Positions 50,228-58,252 of a stretch of 64,000 bases of DNA are shown here, piece after piece (the stretch's first letter is position 1; every line of letters starts with the position of its first letter). The notes below the pieces were generated by a model. The model saw nothing but the letters and a program-made list of their open reading frames with translations, searched no databases and had not been told where the DNA came from. The translations under genes were made by a program, and so were the position numbers. This DNA is from a virus: IMG/VR virus record IMGVR_UViG_3300045988_174371, positions 32,001 through 96,000 of that record; one strand, given 5' to 3'.

Positions 50228-51076
50228 CTAGAGAATAAAGTGCCCCAGAATGAATCCTGCAAGGAATAGGAGTACTAGAAGGAGCGTCACAATGGCGGGG
50301 TGGCTATACACCGCCTGCTTCACCTGGCTCACAGTTACCGTGTCGCTCGAAGCTGAACTGCTCAGGGTTGAACTACTCGGGGGCAACACGGCACCCTTCG
50401 GCTTCTTAGGCTTCTTGGGTTCCTTGGGTTTCTTCGGCTTCTTGGGTTCCTTGGGTTTCTTCGGCTTCTTGGGAGGCTTGAGAGCCGCAATTTCCTGGCT
50501 ATAGTCGCTAAAGTCCAGATAGCCGATGAGCTGTTCATTGTCCCATCCCTGAGCAGGAAGTACTCCAATGCTAAGCATTGCCTTGAGAACAATTTCCTCG
50601 GCTTCCTCAAGAGAGATAGCGCCGCCCTGAGTGGTGTCAATGTACTCAGTAATGCGCTTAAGAACTCTGTCCCTATCGTCCCTTACAGCGAAGTGCTTAG
50701 GGCGCTCCGAACTTGGCATACTGTGAAACTCGCTAATCGCTTCACTAATACTGTCAGGTAGCGGGGTGTACGGCAATTGGTGGGTATTGTATGCCCACAG
50801 GTGCCGCAAGTAATCCTTAGGCTCAGTGGTTTTAAGGGGAAGCTGGATTTTCTTGTGGATACCATTCTCCGTTGATGTTAGGTGGAGGGAGTACCCATAT
50901 TCGCCAAGGTGAATATGCATCTCTCCGCCGCCTTCTTCTACGAATCGCGGGTAGATGTCCTTGAGCGTGCTTTTGAATGCTGGCACCTGCTTAGCTACGC
51001 CAACCATCAGCATAAGAGCCTGGGCATACTGTGCGCAGGAGTTAATGACACTGTAATCAAGGGTGCTTTTAGCCAT
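50228..51076 (-). CDS. tail-anchored protein with KPKKPKEP repeat linker (282 aa)
   Basis: AAGGGGA SD; ATGGCTAA overlap with the 51069 stop; C-terminal TM AIVTLLLVLLFLAGFILGHFIL. Confidence 0.8.
   Translation of the reverse strand: MAKSTLDYSVINSCAQYAQALMLMVGVAKQVPAFKSTLKDIYPRFVEEGGGEMHIHLGEYGYSLHLTSTENGIHKKIQLPLKTTEPKDYLRHLWAYNTHQLPYTPLPDSISEAISEFHSMPSSERPKHFAVRDDRDRVLKRITEYIDTTQGGAISLEEAEEIVLKAMLSIGVLPAQGWDNEQLIGYLDFSDYSQEIAALKPPKKPKKPKEPKKPKKPKEPKKPKKPKGAVLPPSSSTLSSSASSDTVTVSQVKQAVYSHPAIVTLLLVLLFLAGFILGHFIL
50399..50473. repeat. 27-nt tandem repeat (about 2.8 copies) encoding (KKPKEPKKP)n
   Basis: CTTCTTGGGTTCCTTGGGTTTCTTCGG repeated exactly at 50411 and 50438, with partial flanking copies. 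Confidence 0.8.
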
Positions 51077-51335
51077 TGTGCATCCCCTTAATCTGCTTCA
51101 CCTTTTCCACCAGGACTAGGTTGGTGAGTTCCCGCTCTTCAGGGGATTCACTTGCGATTTCTGCGGCGGCTTCCAGCTGAGACTCAAGCTTCTTAATGTT
51201 TCGGCTTGCGTCTTCACCGCCAAGGCTGTCTGCGATGCTCGATGCGGTAGATGCGCTGTTGGCGATTCTACCCAGAGCTTCTAGCTGGTTGATGTTAATT
51301 TCCAGGGTGGTGATGTTCGCGTCTAGCGCCTGCAT
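51069..51335 (-). CDS. coiled-coil protein (88 aa), in frame with 51384..51869
   Basis: complete ORF but no SD within 15 nt of ATG; the 16 codons upstream are open and in frame up to the TAG of the preceding gene. Confidence 0.6.
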   Translation of the reverse strand: MQALDANITTLEININQLEALGRIANSASTASSIADSLGGEDASRNIKKLESQLEAAAEIASESPEERELTNLVLVEKVKQIKGMHNG

Positions 51336-51383
51336 GTGGCGCTTGATGTCGTCAATGCTCTTCTTAATGTGCTCAATGGAGCC

Positions 51384-51869
51384 CTAGAGGGAGGTGTAGC
51401 GAGCCGCCATTTCGAGTACTTCCGGGTCGTCTGGGTTGCCGCCGTAGGCGTGGATTTGGCGTGAGAGGGCTTCGTACTCGTTCCTGTAGCTTGCCAGTAG
51501 GTTCTGGAGGTTGCCGTGGGGTTCTGCGACTTCGCCTAGTTCTTGGCGTGCTTGGGCGTGTAGGTGCTTGAGAGTTGCGGTGTTGGGGTGGGTTTCGCGC
51601 ATGTTGTAGAGGTGCTTTCCTTTGAATGCTTGGTACTGGTCGAGGAGGTCTAGTTTGCGGCTTGCTTGTCGGATGCTGATGCGGAATGCGACGCGGAGGA
51701 GTTCTTCAAGGTCTTCCTTGGTGATGCTCTGCTCGTCTGCTTTGAGCTTCTTGTAGTAGTTGCTCAGCGCGTTTGCGAGGGGTGCGCGGTTTCCCTTGTC
51801 GATGGTGTGCATTAGGGTGCGTTCTGCGTCGCTCTGTGCGAAGCGCCTTACGCGAATATCTACGCCCAT
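51384..51869 (-). CDS. helical protein (161 aa)
   Basis: AGAAAG SD; promoter 51910..51939. Confidence 0.75.
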   Translation of the reverse strand: MGVDIRVRRFAQSDAERTLMHTIDKGNRAPLANALSNYYKKLKADEQSITKEDLEELLRVAFRISIRQASRKLDLLDQYQAFKGKHLYNMRETHPNTATLKHLHAQARQELGEVAEPHGNLQNLLASYRNEYEALSRQIHAYGGNPDDPEVLEMAARYTSL

Positions 51870-51909
51870 TGGCTTACTTTCTGTGGGTAATGAATGATTA
51901 CCTGCATAT

Positions 51910-51939
51910 AGTATAGCACATATTTGTGAGTGTAGACAA
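51910..51939 (-). promoter_or_regulatory. family promoter
   Basis: minus reading TTGTCT-N13-TGTGCTATACT. Confidence 0.65.
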
Positions 51940-52103
51940 ACGGCTATACTGGTTTCCTCTGGGGCAATTTACGCAACTGATGAGATAGCCGCTTGAGGCA
52001 CTAGCACTCACCTAGGCGGCTATCTACACAGCATCTTTAGGAAAAGCGACATACTTACTCCACCTCGTGTCACTGGCACGCCACCACACCTTATACCCAC
52101 CCA

Positions 52104-52562
52104 CTAGTCGCTACTTTTCTTGAGCAGGATAAAGAGTGCGCAGATACTGAGCGCAAGCGGTATGAGGACCCCAAGGAAGAGCCATTCAAAAAGTGACACC
52201 ATACTGAGAGCCGTTACCGGGAACATTACTCCAATACACCAATTAACCCCCTTCCAACTTGTCACCCTTGCCCCATCCAGCATCTTGTGCACGAGTACCC
52301 CAATGTAGAACAGCGGATAGAAGAACACCTCGAACGGGGCGGGCTTATATAACCATGTGGGACACAAGGCAATCATTAGAACGATAAGTGCCACAAGGTA
52401 GATTGCAAGTAGCGCCGCCTGCACTCTTCCAGTTGGCTCCTTACCACTATTGGCACCTATCCCAGGGGCGAATGTGGCACTGTTGATGCAGTAATAAACT
52501 GTGGCATTGAAGGCAAGCCACAAGGCGAGACCCATAAGGGGTGTTTCGATACCGGCAGGCAT
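52104..52562 (-). CDS. membrane protein, paralog of 48656..49126 (152 aa; track ORF trimmed)
   Basis: GAGAGGA SD before the ATG at 52562. Confidence 0.7.
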   Translation of the reverse strand: MPAGIETPLMGLALWLAFNATVYYCINSATFAPGIGANSGKEPTGRVQAALLAIYLVALIVLMIALCPTWLYKPAPFEVFFYPLFYIGVLVHKMLDGARVTSWKGVNWCIGVMFPVTALSMVSLFEWLFLGVLIPLALSICALFILLKKSSD

Positions 52563-52589
52563 GTGATATGTGTTCCTCTCTGAGGTGGT

Positions 52590-52626
52590 GCTACGCGGGC
52601 TACCCATACGAGATAGCCCGCGTAGC
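52590..52626 (-). terminator. hairpin
   Basis: 13-bp arms GCTACGCGGGCTA/TAGCCCGCGTAGC. Confidence 0.6.
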
Positions 52627-52793
52627 ATGTTTGGTTGGTGACTGTCTGGGGCTTACGGCTGAAAGCGGTGATAGTGGGCACTTTTTCGGCAATTATTGCC
52701 AATTATTGCACCATAGTGCATAACTCACCGACTAGGGGAAAGGCTCGTTTCTCCGTATACCGGAATACCCATTTTTTCTACCCCTAGATGGCT

Positions 52794-53801
52794 CTACTGG
52801 TAATCCACTTGAACCTTTGAAACATGCGTCGCGATGCACTGCATATTTCGGGTGACAATGACGACAGTCCCAAACTCATCAGGGGCGCTGACACTCCTAA
52901 CGTTCGAATACCTTTCCGAGTCACAGTCATCAGTAATTACCACGTTAATGCGAGGCTCACTGGGCGGCTCCGCGCATACGGTAGGCATAATTTCAAGGGA
53001 TTCAATCTCTCCGATAACCTCAGTAACCCTGCCGCTAGTGTTGAACATAGAAAATGCCAGACCGCCAGATGTATTCTCCTGAATGCACATGCTGACCGAC
53101 CGCACACCTGAAATGCCTTGAACAGGGGTGACAGAGAAGAAGTTATGGTCATTATGATTAACCCAGAAGAAGCGAGGCTCGTCGGGTCTACCGACCAAGG
53201 TAATCTTTAGGCACTCCCCATAGTGTAGGTGTGTGCCTACAATGCTTGCCGCATGATAGGCGTAATCGCGGTATGTAACCCCTTCATTAGGTGCGGGACT
53301 TCCCTGAATAGTGTGTTTCGCCAGTGTGTCTAGAGCGCCTGCGACGGTGTGGGATTCTGCACCCCATCCGCGAAGCTCCTCTGCCAGCGTGTGCAATTGC
53401 ATTTCATTCATGACATGCGGGGATACTTGAGCGATATGCAGTAATGCGGGTGTGCTGGGTGCCTGACTTGCATTAGTGGTCACCTGCTTCGCTAAAGTCA
53501 CCACATTGTTAAGTGCGTTACTTAGGGGTTCGAGTTCGTTAAGGTCTCCAACAATGAGGACTGAGACGATTTCAGTACTCATTTCGAAGAACGCGCCTTT
53601 CCTGTATTTCGTGGGGTAGGTGTAGAGTTCGTGGCGGTGGGTGTGGCAGGTGCTTCGGAACCCGTTCTCTTCGGCAAATGTGATGTAGGTGAAGCTTGTG
53701 CTGATGTGCTCTATGCGGCGTACCTGGTAGGTTCCTGAGTTGCGGTGGTAGAGTAGTGCGGCACTGTTGGGCTTAGTGGTGCTGGATGGGGCGAACTTCA
53801 T
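52794..53801 (-). CDS. hypothetical protein (335 aa)
   Basis: AGAAAG SD. Confidence 0.8.
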   Translation of the reverse strand: MKFAPSSTTKPNSAALLYHRNSGTYQVRRIEHISTSFTYITFAEENGFRSTCHTHRHELYTYPTKYRKGAFFEMSTEIVSVLIVGDLNELEPLSNALNNVVTLAKQVTTNASQAPSTPALLHIAQVSPHVMNEMQLHTLAEELRGWGAESHTVAGALDTLAKHTIQGSPAPNEGVTYRDYAYHAASIVGTHLHYGECLKITLVGRPDEPRFFWVNHNDHNFFSVTPVQGISGVRSVSMCIQENTSGGLAFSMFNTSGRVTEVIGEIESLEIMPTVCAEPPSEPRINVVITDDCDSERYSNVRSVSAPDEFGTVVIVTRNMQCIATHVSKVQVDYQ

Positions 53802-53831
53802 GGGTAGCTTTCTGTAGTGGAGGTATTGGGG

Positions 53832-54062
53832 TTAGTTTGCGGTTGGGGGCGTGTGCTTGTAGCGCTTATCGGTGGCTCCTGCTTTGGCGCGGAGCTTATT
53901 CCATGCTTCTACGTCTTCTAGGGTGTACCCGTACTGGTTGCCGGTTTTGGAGGCAACTTCGAGTTCGCCGCGTTCTCGCGCCTTGTCTACGCCTCGTCTG
54001 GAGAAGTTGGTTAGCTTGGCAACTTCTTCGGTGGTGAGGTAGATGATGGGCTTTTTAGCCAT
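53832..54062 (-). CDS. excisionase-family HTH protein (76 aa)
   Basis: AGAAAGAG SD; IYLTTEEVAKLTNFSRRGVDKARERGEL..YTLEDVEAW is a typical Xis/MerR-like HTH. Confidence 0.75.
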   Translation of the reverse strand: MAKKPIIYLTTEEVAKLTNFSRRGVDKARERGELEVASKTGNQYGYTLEDVEAWNKLRAKAGATDKRYKHTPPTAN

Positions 54063-54179
54063 TTTTTCTCTTTCTGTCTTGTGGGTGTCCGGTTAAGGTG
54101 TGGTAGCTCAGGTTTGCGAGCCGCCACTGGGTGCTGTGGGTAACCATAGGTGGCGCGCTTCACCTTGCCATTTGGGGTA

Positions 54180-54209
54180 ATAGTACCATGAAGGGGACTA
54201 TTTTGTCGA
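54180..54209 (-). promoter_or_regulatory. promoter
   Basis: minus reading TCGACA-N18-TACTAT with a TGg extension. Confidence 0.5.
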
Positions 54210-54263
54210 TATTGCCGCACCTAAAATTGGGGGTGTGCTACTAAACTCTTCAAGTAACACCAC

Positions 54264-54292
54264 TTGCAAAACAGTTCCAACTGTGGTACTAT
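54264..54292 (+). promoter_or_regulatory. family promoter
   Basis: TTGCAA-N12-TGTGGTACTAT. Confidence 0.65.
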
Positions 54293-54358
54293 TTAATTGT
54301 TGGTTCGAACAGAGCCGCAACAATTAGTTACTAGTCATCTTGAAAGGATGAAACCATC

Positions 54359-55531
54359 ATGCGCAACCTTGACCTCTCCACCCTGAATGCAGGCGACATT
54401 CTGCTCGCAGTGTATAACGACAACTTCGTTCGCACTTTCTGGAAGGGTGTTCACCCTAACCTGCTGGTCGTACACTCTGTAGACCCGGCAAGCTCCACTG
54501 CCATTGTCGCCGCCGCCGGGGAGGGAAACTACGGTATGTACCTGCTGAGCATTAACGAAGACGGCATCACCTTTGAAAGGTTCGCTGATGCCACCGATAA
54601 GTTCGCCCCGGTTCAGGTATTCCAGTTCACCCCCGCCGAAGCTCAGGCACAGGGTTTGGTTCGCCGCCTGAATGCGGAGGGTAAGCTGTTCAAGTTCCTT
54701 GAATCCATCAATGATGACGCTCTTATCCACGACGTGCGCCAGGCGGTAGCAAAGGAATACTCTCTTCACTACTTCATGGGTAAGCCCAACACCCTTCTTG
54801 GTGACCTGGAACACGCCCGCAAGGTAACGCAGAACATGTACACTGTTGCAGAGAATGAGTATGAGCGAATCTTGCGAGAAAAAGGTGAGATTCTGGATAA
54901 GATGGTCGAACTTGTGGATGAGGCTATCGCTAAGGTAAACCCGCTCCTTGCTGGCTCTGGCATGACCTCCAACCGCTCCACTGACGCTAACACCATTCAG
55001 CACCACTTTGAATACACTAAAGACGCTCACACTTTCCGCGTGGGTAGCACTTTCGCTGTACATGATGTAAACTACACGGTTACTCGCGTCTCTAAGTCCC
55101 GCGCATACGTAGTGAAGACTGATACGGGTGAAGATGCTGGCTACGTCACCTACACGAAGAGCCGCGGTGTGCGCCTGCATGTCGGCAATGGCGAGCCCGC
55201 TGTGTCTTTCCGCTATTCCCCTGTCCCGGTTGCTAATGCGGATGACATGCAGGCATTTGATGCGACTAAGCGCGAAATTCACGACATTGCCACTGAGTGC
55301 ATGGCAAACCTTCGAGACCTGCTACTCAAGGTTGCCGTCAGCAATAAGTTTGGTGATACCCTGAGCCGCGTATACCGCCGCAATATCGTACCTCACGGCG
55401 TTACCACCACTACCTCCCTCCTGTATGACCTGCTTTCCGAAATTGAAGCCGTAAAGGAAGCCCTGCATGAGCAGGCTGAGGTGAGCATGTTCAAGATGGA
55501 GCGCCTGATTACCCAGACCTACGGCAAGTAA
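54359..55531 (+). CDS. hypothetical protein (390 aa)
   Basis: GAAAGGA SD; promoter and strong terminator; the antisense 315-aa ORF is rejected. Confidence 0.8.
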   Translation: MRNLDLSTLNAGDILLAVYNDNFVRTFWKGVHPNLLVVHSVDPASSTAIVAAAGEGNYGMYLLSINEDGITFERFADATDKFAPVQVFQFTPAEAQAQGLVRRLNAEGKLFKFLESINDDALIHDVRQAVAKEYSLHYFMGKPNTLLGDLEHARKVTQNMYTVAENEYERILREKGEILDKMVELVDEAIAKVNPLLAGSGMTSNRSTDANTIQHHFEYTKDAHTFRVGSTFAVHDVNYTVTRVSKSRAYVVKTDTGEDAGYVTYTKSRGVRLHVGNGEPAVSFRYSPVPVANADDMQAFDATKREIHDIATECMANLRDLLLKVAVSNKFGDTLSRVYRRNIVPHGVTTTTSLLYDLLSEIEAVKEALHEQAEVSMFKMERLITQTYGK

Positions 55532-55541
55532 CAAACTGAGA

Positions 55542-55599
55542 GCATAAAAGGTGCCCTAGAAGTATTCCATGCGAGATACTTCTAGGGCACCTTTTATGC
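55542..55599 (+). terminator. long palindromic terminator
   Basis: 23-bp perfect arms GCATAAAAGGTGCCCTAGAAGTA/TACTTCTAGGGCACCTTTTATGC. Confidence 0.8.
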
Positions 55600-55780
55600 A
55601 TCCTGTGCGCTGACTGGTCGAATAACATGTCTACAGGTGACACATGCGCCCCTAAGGGGATAAAGCGGTGATAATGGGTTCTCTACCTCAGTGGTAAAGT
55701 TAGGGGCTTAGGGAGCCGCGTGTAGCTTAGCCCCAATGGGAAGCCCTCCGCTTAAACATCTCTCCATTCAGTCCACTTTT

Positions 55781-55791
55781 TGCGGTATAAT
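55781..55791 (+). promoter_or_regulatory. extended -10 promoter
   Basis: TGCGGTATAAT. Confidence 0.5.
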
Positions 55792-55820
55792 GGAAAGCAG
55801 TCAATCAGAAAGGAGCGAGT

Positions 55821-55946
55821 GTGGTCACCGCTGGAGACATGTTCATGCGGGCTATTGCTGAGGCGGAAGCTATTAAGGCAACATGGGAAGAAGCTGGGCT
55901 AACCCCTCAGGAAGCCCTGGAACTTCTACGCCACCTTCAATACTAG
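55821..55946 (+). CDS. candidate 41-aa helical protein (not in ORF track, GTG start)
   Basis: AGGAG SD 5 nt before GTG; MVTAGDMFMRAIAEAEAIKATWEEAGLTPQEALELLRHLQY; own promoter and terminator. Confidence 0.5.
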   Translation: MVTAGDMFMRAIAEAEAIKATWEEAGLTPQEALELLRHLQY

Positions 55947-55950
55947 AAAC

Positions 55951-55990
55951 ACAGTAAAAGCCCTCACGACTAGGTGAGGGCTTTTACTGT
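55951..55990. terminator. bidirectional terminator
   Basis: 17-bp arms ACAGTAAAAGCCCTCAC/GTGAGGGCTTTTACTGT. Confidence 0.8.
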
Positions 55991-56200
55991 ACCTACATGG
56001 GTTACAGGAGCCACCTCAAAGCACAGGGGGGGGAGAAGCTTGGATTATAAGCTACTCTTCCCACTGCTGGGTGGGTCAGGGATTTTCCCTGGCGGTACCC
56101 CCCCCCGCCAGCCGAAGCCAGCCTTCCTGGTCTTGACGTGTTAGCGTCCGTTTAGTTTACCCACCTCTCCCAGTCTCTCACAGGCGAGGTGTATTGGTTG
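55991..56200 (-). ncRNA. free-standing RNA element copy C
   Basis: starts right after the 56201 stop and ends at terminator 55951..55990 with no ORF; hairpin 56162..56191 (loop UGUGAGAGAC) plus domain 56070..56137 (GUCAAGACCAGGAAGGCUGGC..CUGGCGG..CCGCCAG..CCCUGACCCACC). Confidence 0.55.
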
Positions 56201-56710
56201 CTACTGCTCCAGGTATTCCAGGAGGAAGCGCTTTACGGATGCCGCCGCGTGGTCAGCTTCGGCATTAGTGTTGCGACTGCGGGTTAGGGCGTACAGGTAT
56301 AGGGCGTATCCTTCCGTGAACTCATCTAGCTCACCGGCAGGCTTGCGTCCGTGCTCGTTAGCGAGGTGTCCTACAAGGGCGAGCTGGGCTTCTTGGCGGG
56401 TCATTTCGGCGGGGTGGGTGTCGGGTCGCCCAACTTCAACATACCTGCCCGCCTTGTTGATACTGAAAAGGGATGCTACGGCGACTTCGTGTGCGTCCGC
56501 ATTTGAGCGGTAGGTCATATGCATCTGCGGGATGTACGCCCCCTCATTGATAGCGTAGCCGCCGTCGGGTAGGGGCGCGGTGTGGAAGCGGGTGGGGTTG
56601 GTGTTGTCGCCTGCTGGGTAGTAGATGTATTCCCACCGCCCGGAGGTGCGGTTGAGGGTTGCTTCGATGTGCTTGTCGAGGAAGTTCTGTAGGGTGGTTT
56701 CGGTGGTCAT
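56201..56710 (-). CDS. hypothetical protein (169 aa; track ORF trimmed)
   Basis: AGAAAGAG SD before the ATG at 56710 (MTTETTLQ..). Confidence 0.7.
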   Translation of the reverse strand: MTTETTLQNFLDKHIEATLNRTSGRWEYIYYPAGDNTNPTRFHTAPLPDGGYAINEGAYIPQMHMTYRSNADAHEVAVASLFSINKAGRYVEVGRPDTHPAEMTRQEAQLALVGHLANEHGRKPAGELDEFTEGYALYLYALTRSRNTNAEADHAAASVKRFLLEYLEQ

Positions 56711-56775
56711 GGGTGGTGTTTCTCTTTCTGTGGATGCCCTGCGGGGTTGCAGGGGTTTGTAGTTGAGTGTTTGTT

Positions 56776-56813
56776 GCGCGCCCCACTGCCCGATGATGGG
56801 TGGTGGGGCGCGC
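56776..56813 (-). terminator. hairpin terminator
   Basis: GCGCGCCCCAC ... GTGGGGCGCGC. Confidence 0.65.
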
Positions 56814-56862
56814 CGGTGGGCGGGTATCCTTTGGTGACCTGCGGGATGCCCACCCAAAGCCT

Positions 56863-57975
56863 TTAGTGGTACTTGTAGAGCGCCTGAACGTCTTCCAGAC
56901 CGTACTCGGTGCGGATGAGGTTCTTCCAGTCGTCCAGGTTGCGGATGCTGGTGGGGATGCGCTTGCCGTCTTTCTTGATGATGAGGGTGTCGCCGCAGAG
57001 CTTGTTGGCGTAGACGTAGATGCCTTCCAGCTCTGCGAGCATCTGCTCTTCGGTCATGCCTGCGTATTCTGCGGGGATGTATTCGGTCAGACCTGCGCGG
57101 TTAAGTAGGTAGCTGATTGCCACAGGGAGACCGGCGAGCGCCAGCGGGGTTACATAACCGCACTTGCAGGGGGTGTCATCGCTGGTTTCGTGGAGCGCGT
57201 TGTTGAGGCAGAAGGTGTCGAGGTTGCTAGTGGGGTTGGGGGTCAGGGGCGCAGATGCTTCTCGGACAGCGTATCGCCATGCCGCATCGGATACCTCGAT
57301 TGCTTCTCCCCACTCGGGGCTACCGTTCACGGTTCCATCTGCGGCGAGGCGGTAGTTATTGACGGTTGCCTTGCCGGGCTCTGCGGACAAGATGACATTG
57401 CCTGACAGTCGAGCGCCGGAGGTATTTACGTCGTACACGATAACCTGTCCGGTGGTGCTGAGTCCTTCATGTTCACCACCGATAACGCTACTGTACCCGT
57501 CAATGACACAGTTCTTGAGGGTGGTTCGCGCGGCGAAAGCGTGACCCATAAGCACGGTGTCTTCCATGTAGAGCTGGTCGAGAGCTACGCCCGCCTTGTC
57601 AATAATGGCATTGCAACCCAGCAGGCGCTTACCCAGCTCATTGTTGCAGGTGTAGAGGTTGTTGCGCACCTTTTCTACCTGGAGCTGGTCGGCTACAGCA
57701 TCAAGGGTCTCAATGAAGGTAGCCTTAGGGCGGACGGAGGTGCCACTGTAGAGTACCGCTCCGGGGCGGTTCAGCATGGCTTCGCGGCGGAACTGAGAGA
57801 GCTCCCGGACGGGGTTGTGGAGGCTCAGGCTGTCCTCATGCAGGCTTGCTTTGTTGGTGGGCATGGTCAAGCCGTGGCGCGCGCGGCTCCAAGCAGGAAG
57901 CTTCATCTGCGCGGTGACGTTCTTGGAGGTCTTGATGATGCAAGCGGTAGGCTTAGTGCTTTCACGAAGGGTCAT
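56863..57975 (-). CDS. hypothetical protein with beta-helix-like central repeats (370 aa)
   Basis: AAAGGAG SD; promoter 58038..58067. Confidence 0.8.
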   Translation of the reverse strand: MTLRESTKPTACIIKTSKNVTAQMKLPAWSRARHGLTMPTNKASLHEDSLSLHNPVRELSQFRREAMLNRPGAVLYSGTSVRPKATFIETLDAVADQLQVEKVRNNLYTCNNELGKRLLGCNAIIDKAGVALDQLYMEDTVLMGHAFAARTTLKNCVIDGYSSVIGGEHEGLSTTGQVIVYDVNTSGARLSGNVILSAEPGKATVNNYRLAADGTVNGSPEWGEAIEVSDAAWRYAVREASAPLTPNPTSNLDTFCLNNALHETSDDTPCKCGYVTPLALAGLPVAISYLLNRAGLTEYIPAEYAGMTEEQMLAELEGIYVYANKLCGDTLIIKKDGKRIPTSIRNLDDWKNLIRTEYGLEDVQALYKYH

Positions 57976-58037
57976 TGGTCAGCTCCTTTGAAGGTAGGTC
58001 ATTCATGATTACTGGTTACTTCCGAACCAATAATCAT

Positions 58038-58067
58038 ATAGTACCACATAATGAACCATCTATGCAA
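58038..58067 (-). promoter_or_regulatory. family promoter (consensus copy)
   Basis: minus reading TTGCAT-N13-TGTGGTACTAT. Confidence 0.7.
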
Positions 58068-58123
58068 GCGCTACGGCTTTCCTTAGATGCTTAAAACATG
58101 CCCCCAAGGAGGAAATATAGATG

Positions 58124-58196
58124 TACCCCTTGCCGGGTTCGAACCGGCGACTTCTAGATTCGGACTCTAGCGCTCTATCCACTGAGCTAAAGGGGC
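58124..58196 (-). tRNA. tRNA-Arg(CCG)
   Basis: GCCCCTT-TA-GCTC-AGTGGATA-GAGC-G-CTAGA-GTCCGAA-TCTAG-AAGTC-GCCGG-TTCGAAC-CCGGC-AAGGGGT-A; G1-U72 and an unusual G32. Confidence 0.75.
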
Positions 58197-58200
58197 TTTG

Positions 58201-58233
58201 CCACCCCATACGGGCTTACTATGTATGGGGCGG
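58201..58233 (-). terminator. hairpin between 58253 stop and tRNA-Arg
   Basis: CCCCATAC ... GTATGGGG. Confidence 0.5.
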
Positions 58234-58252
58234 CGGGTAAGCAGGTCACACG

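Noticed and set aside
52629-52793. A 15-aa ORF (MGIPVYGETSLSPSR) and a CAATTATTGC direct repeat in the spacer after 52794..53801
   Set aside because: The SD is weak, no supporting conservation is visible, and the repeat is only 2 x 10 nt.
54335-55282. 315-aa minus-strand ORF
   Set aside because: It is antisense to 54359..55531, which has a promoter, SD and terminator. The minus ORF has no SD and a non-protein-like composition.
57469-58008. 179-aa plus-strand ORF, plus other plus-strand ORFs inside 56863..57975
   Set aside because: They are shadow frames of the 370-aa minus-strand gene, which has a consensus promoter and SD.
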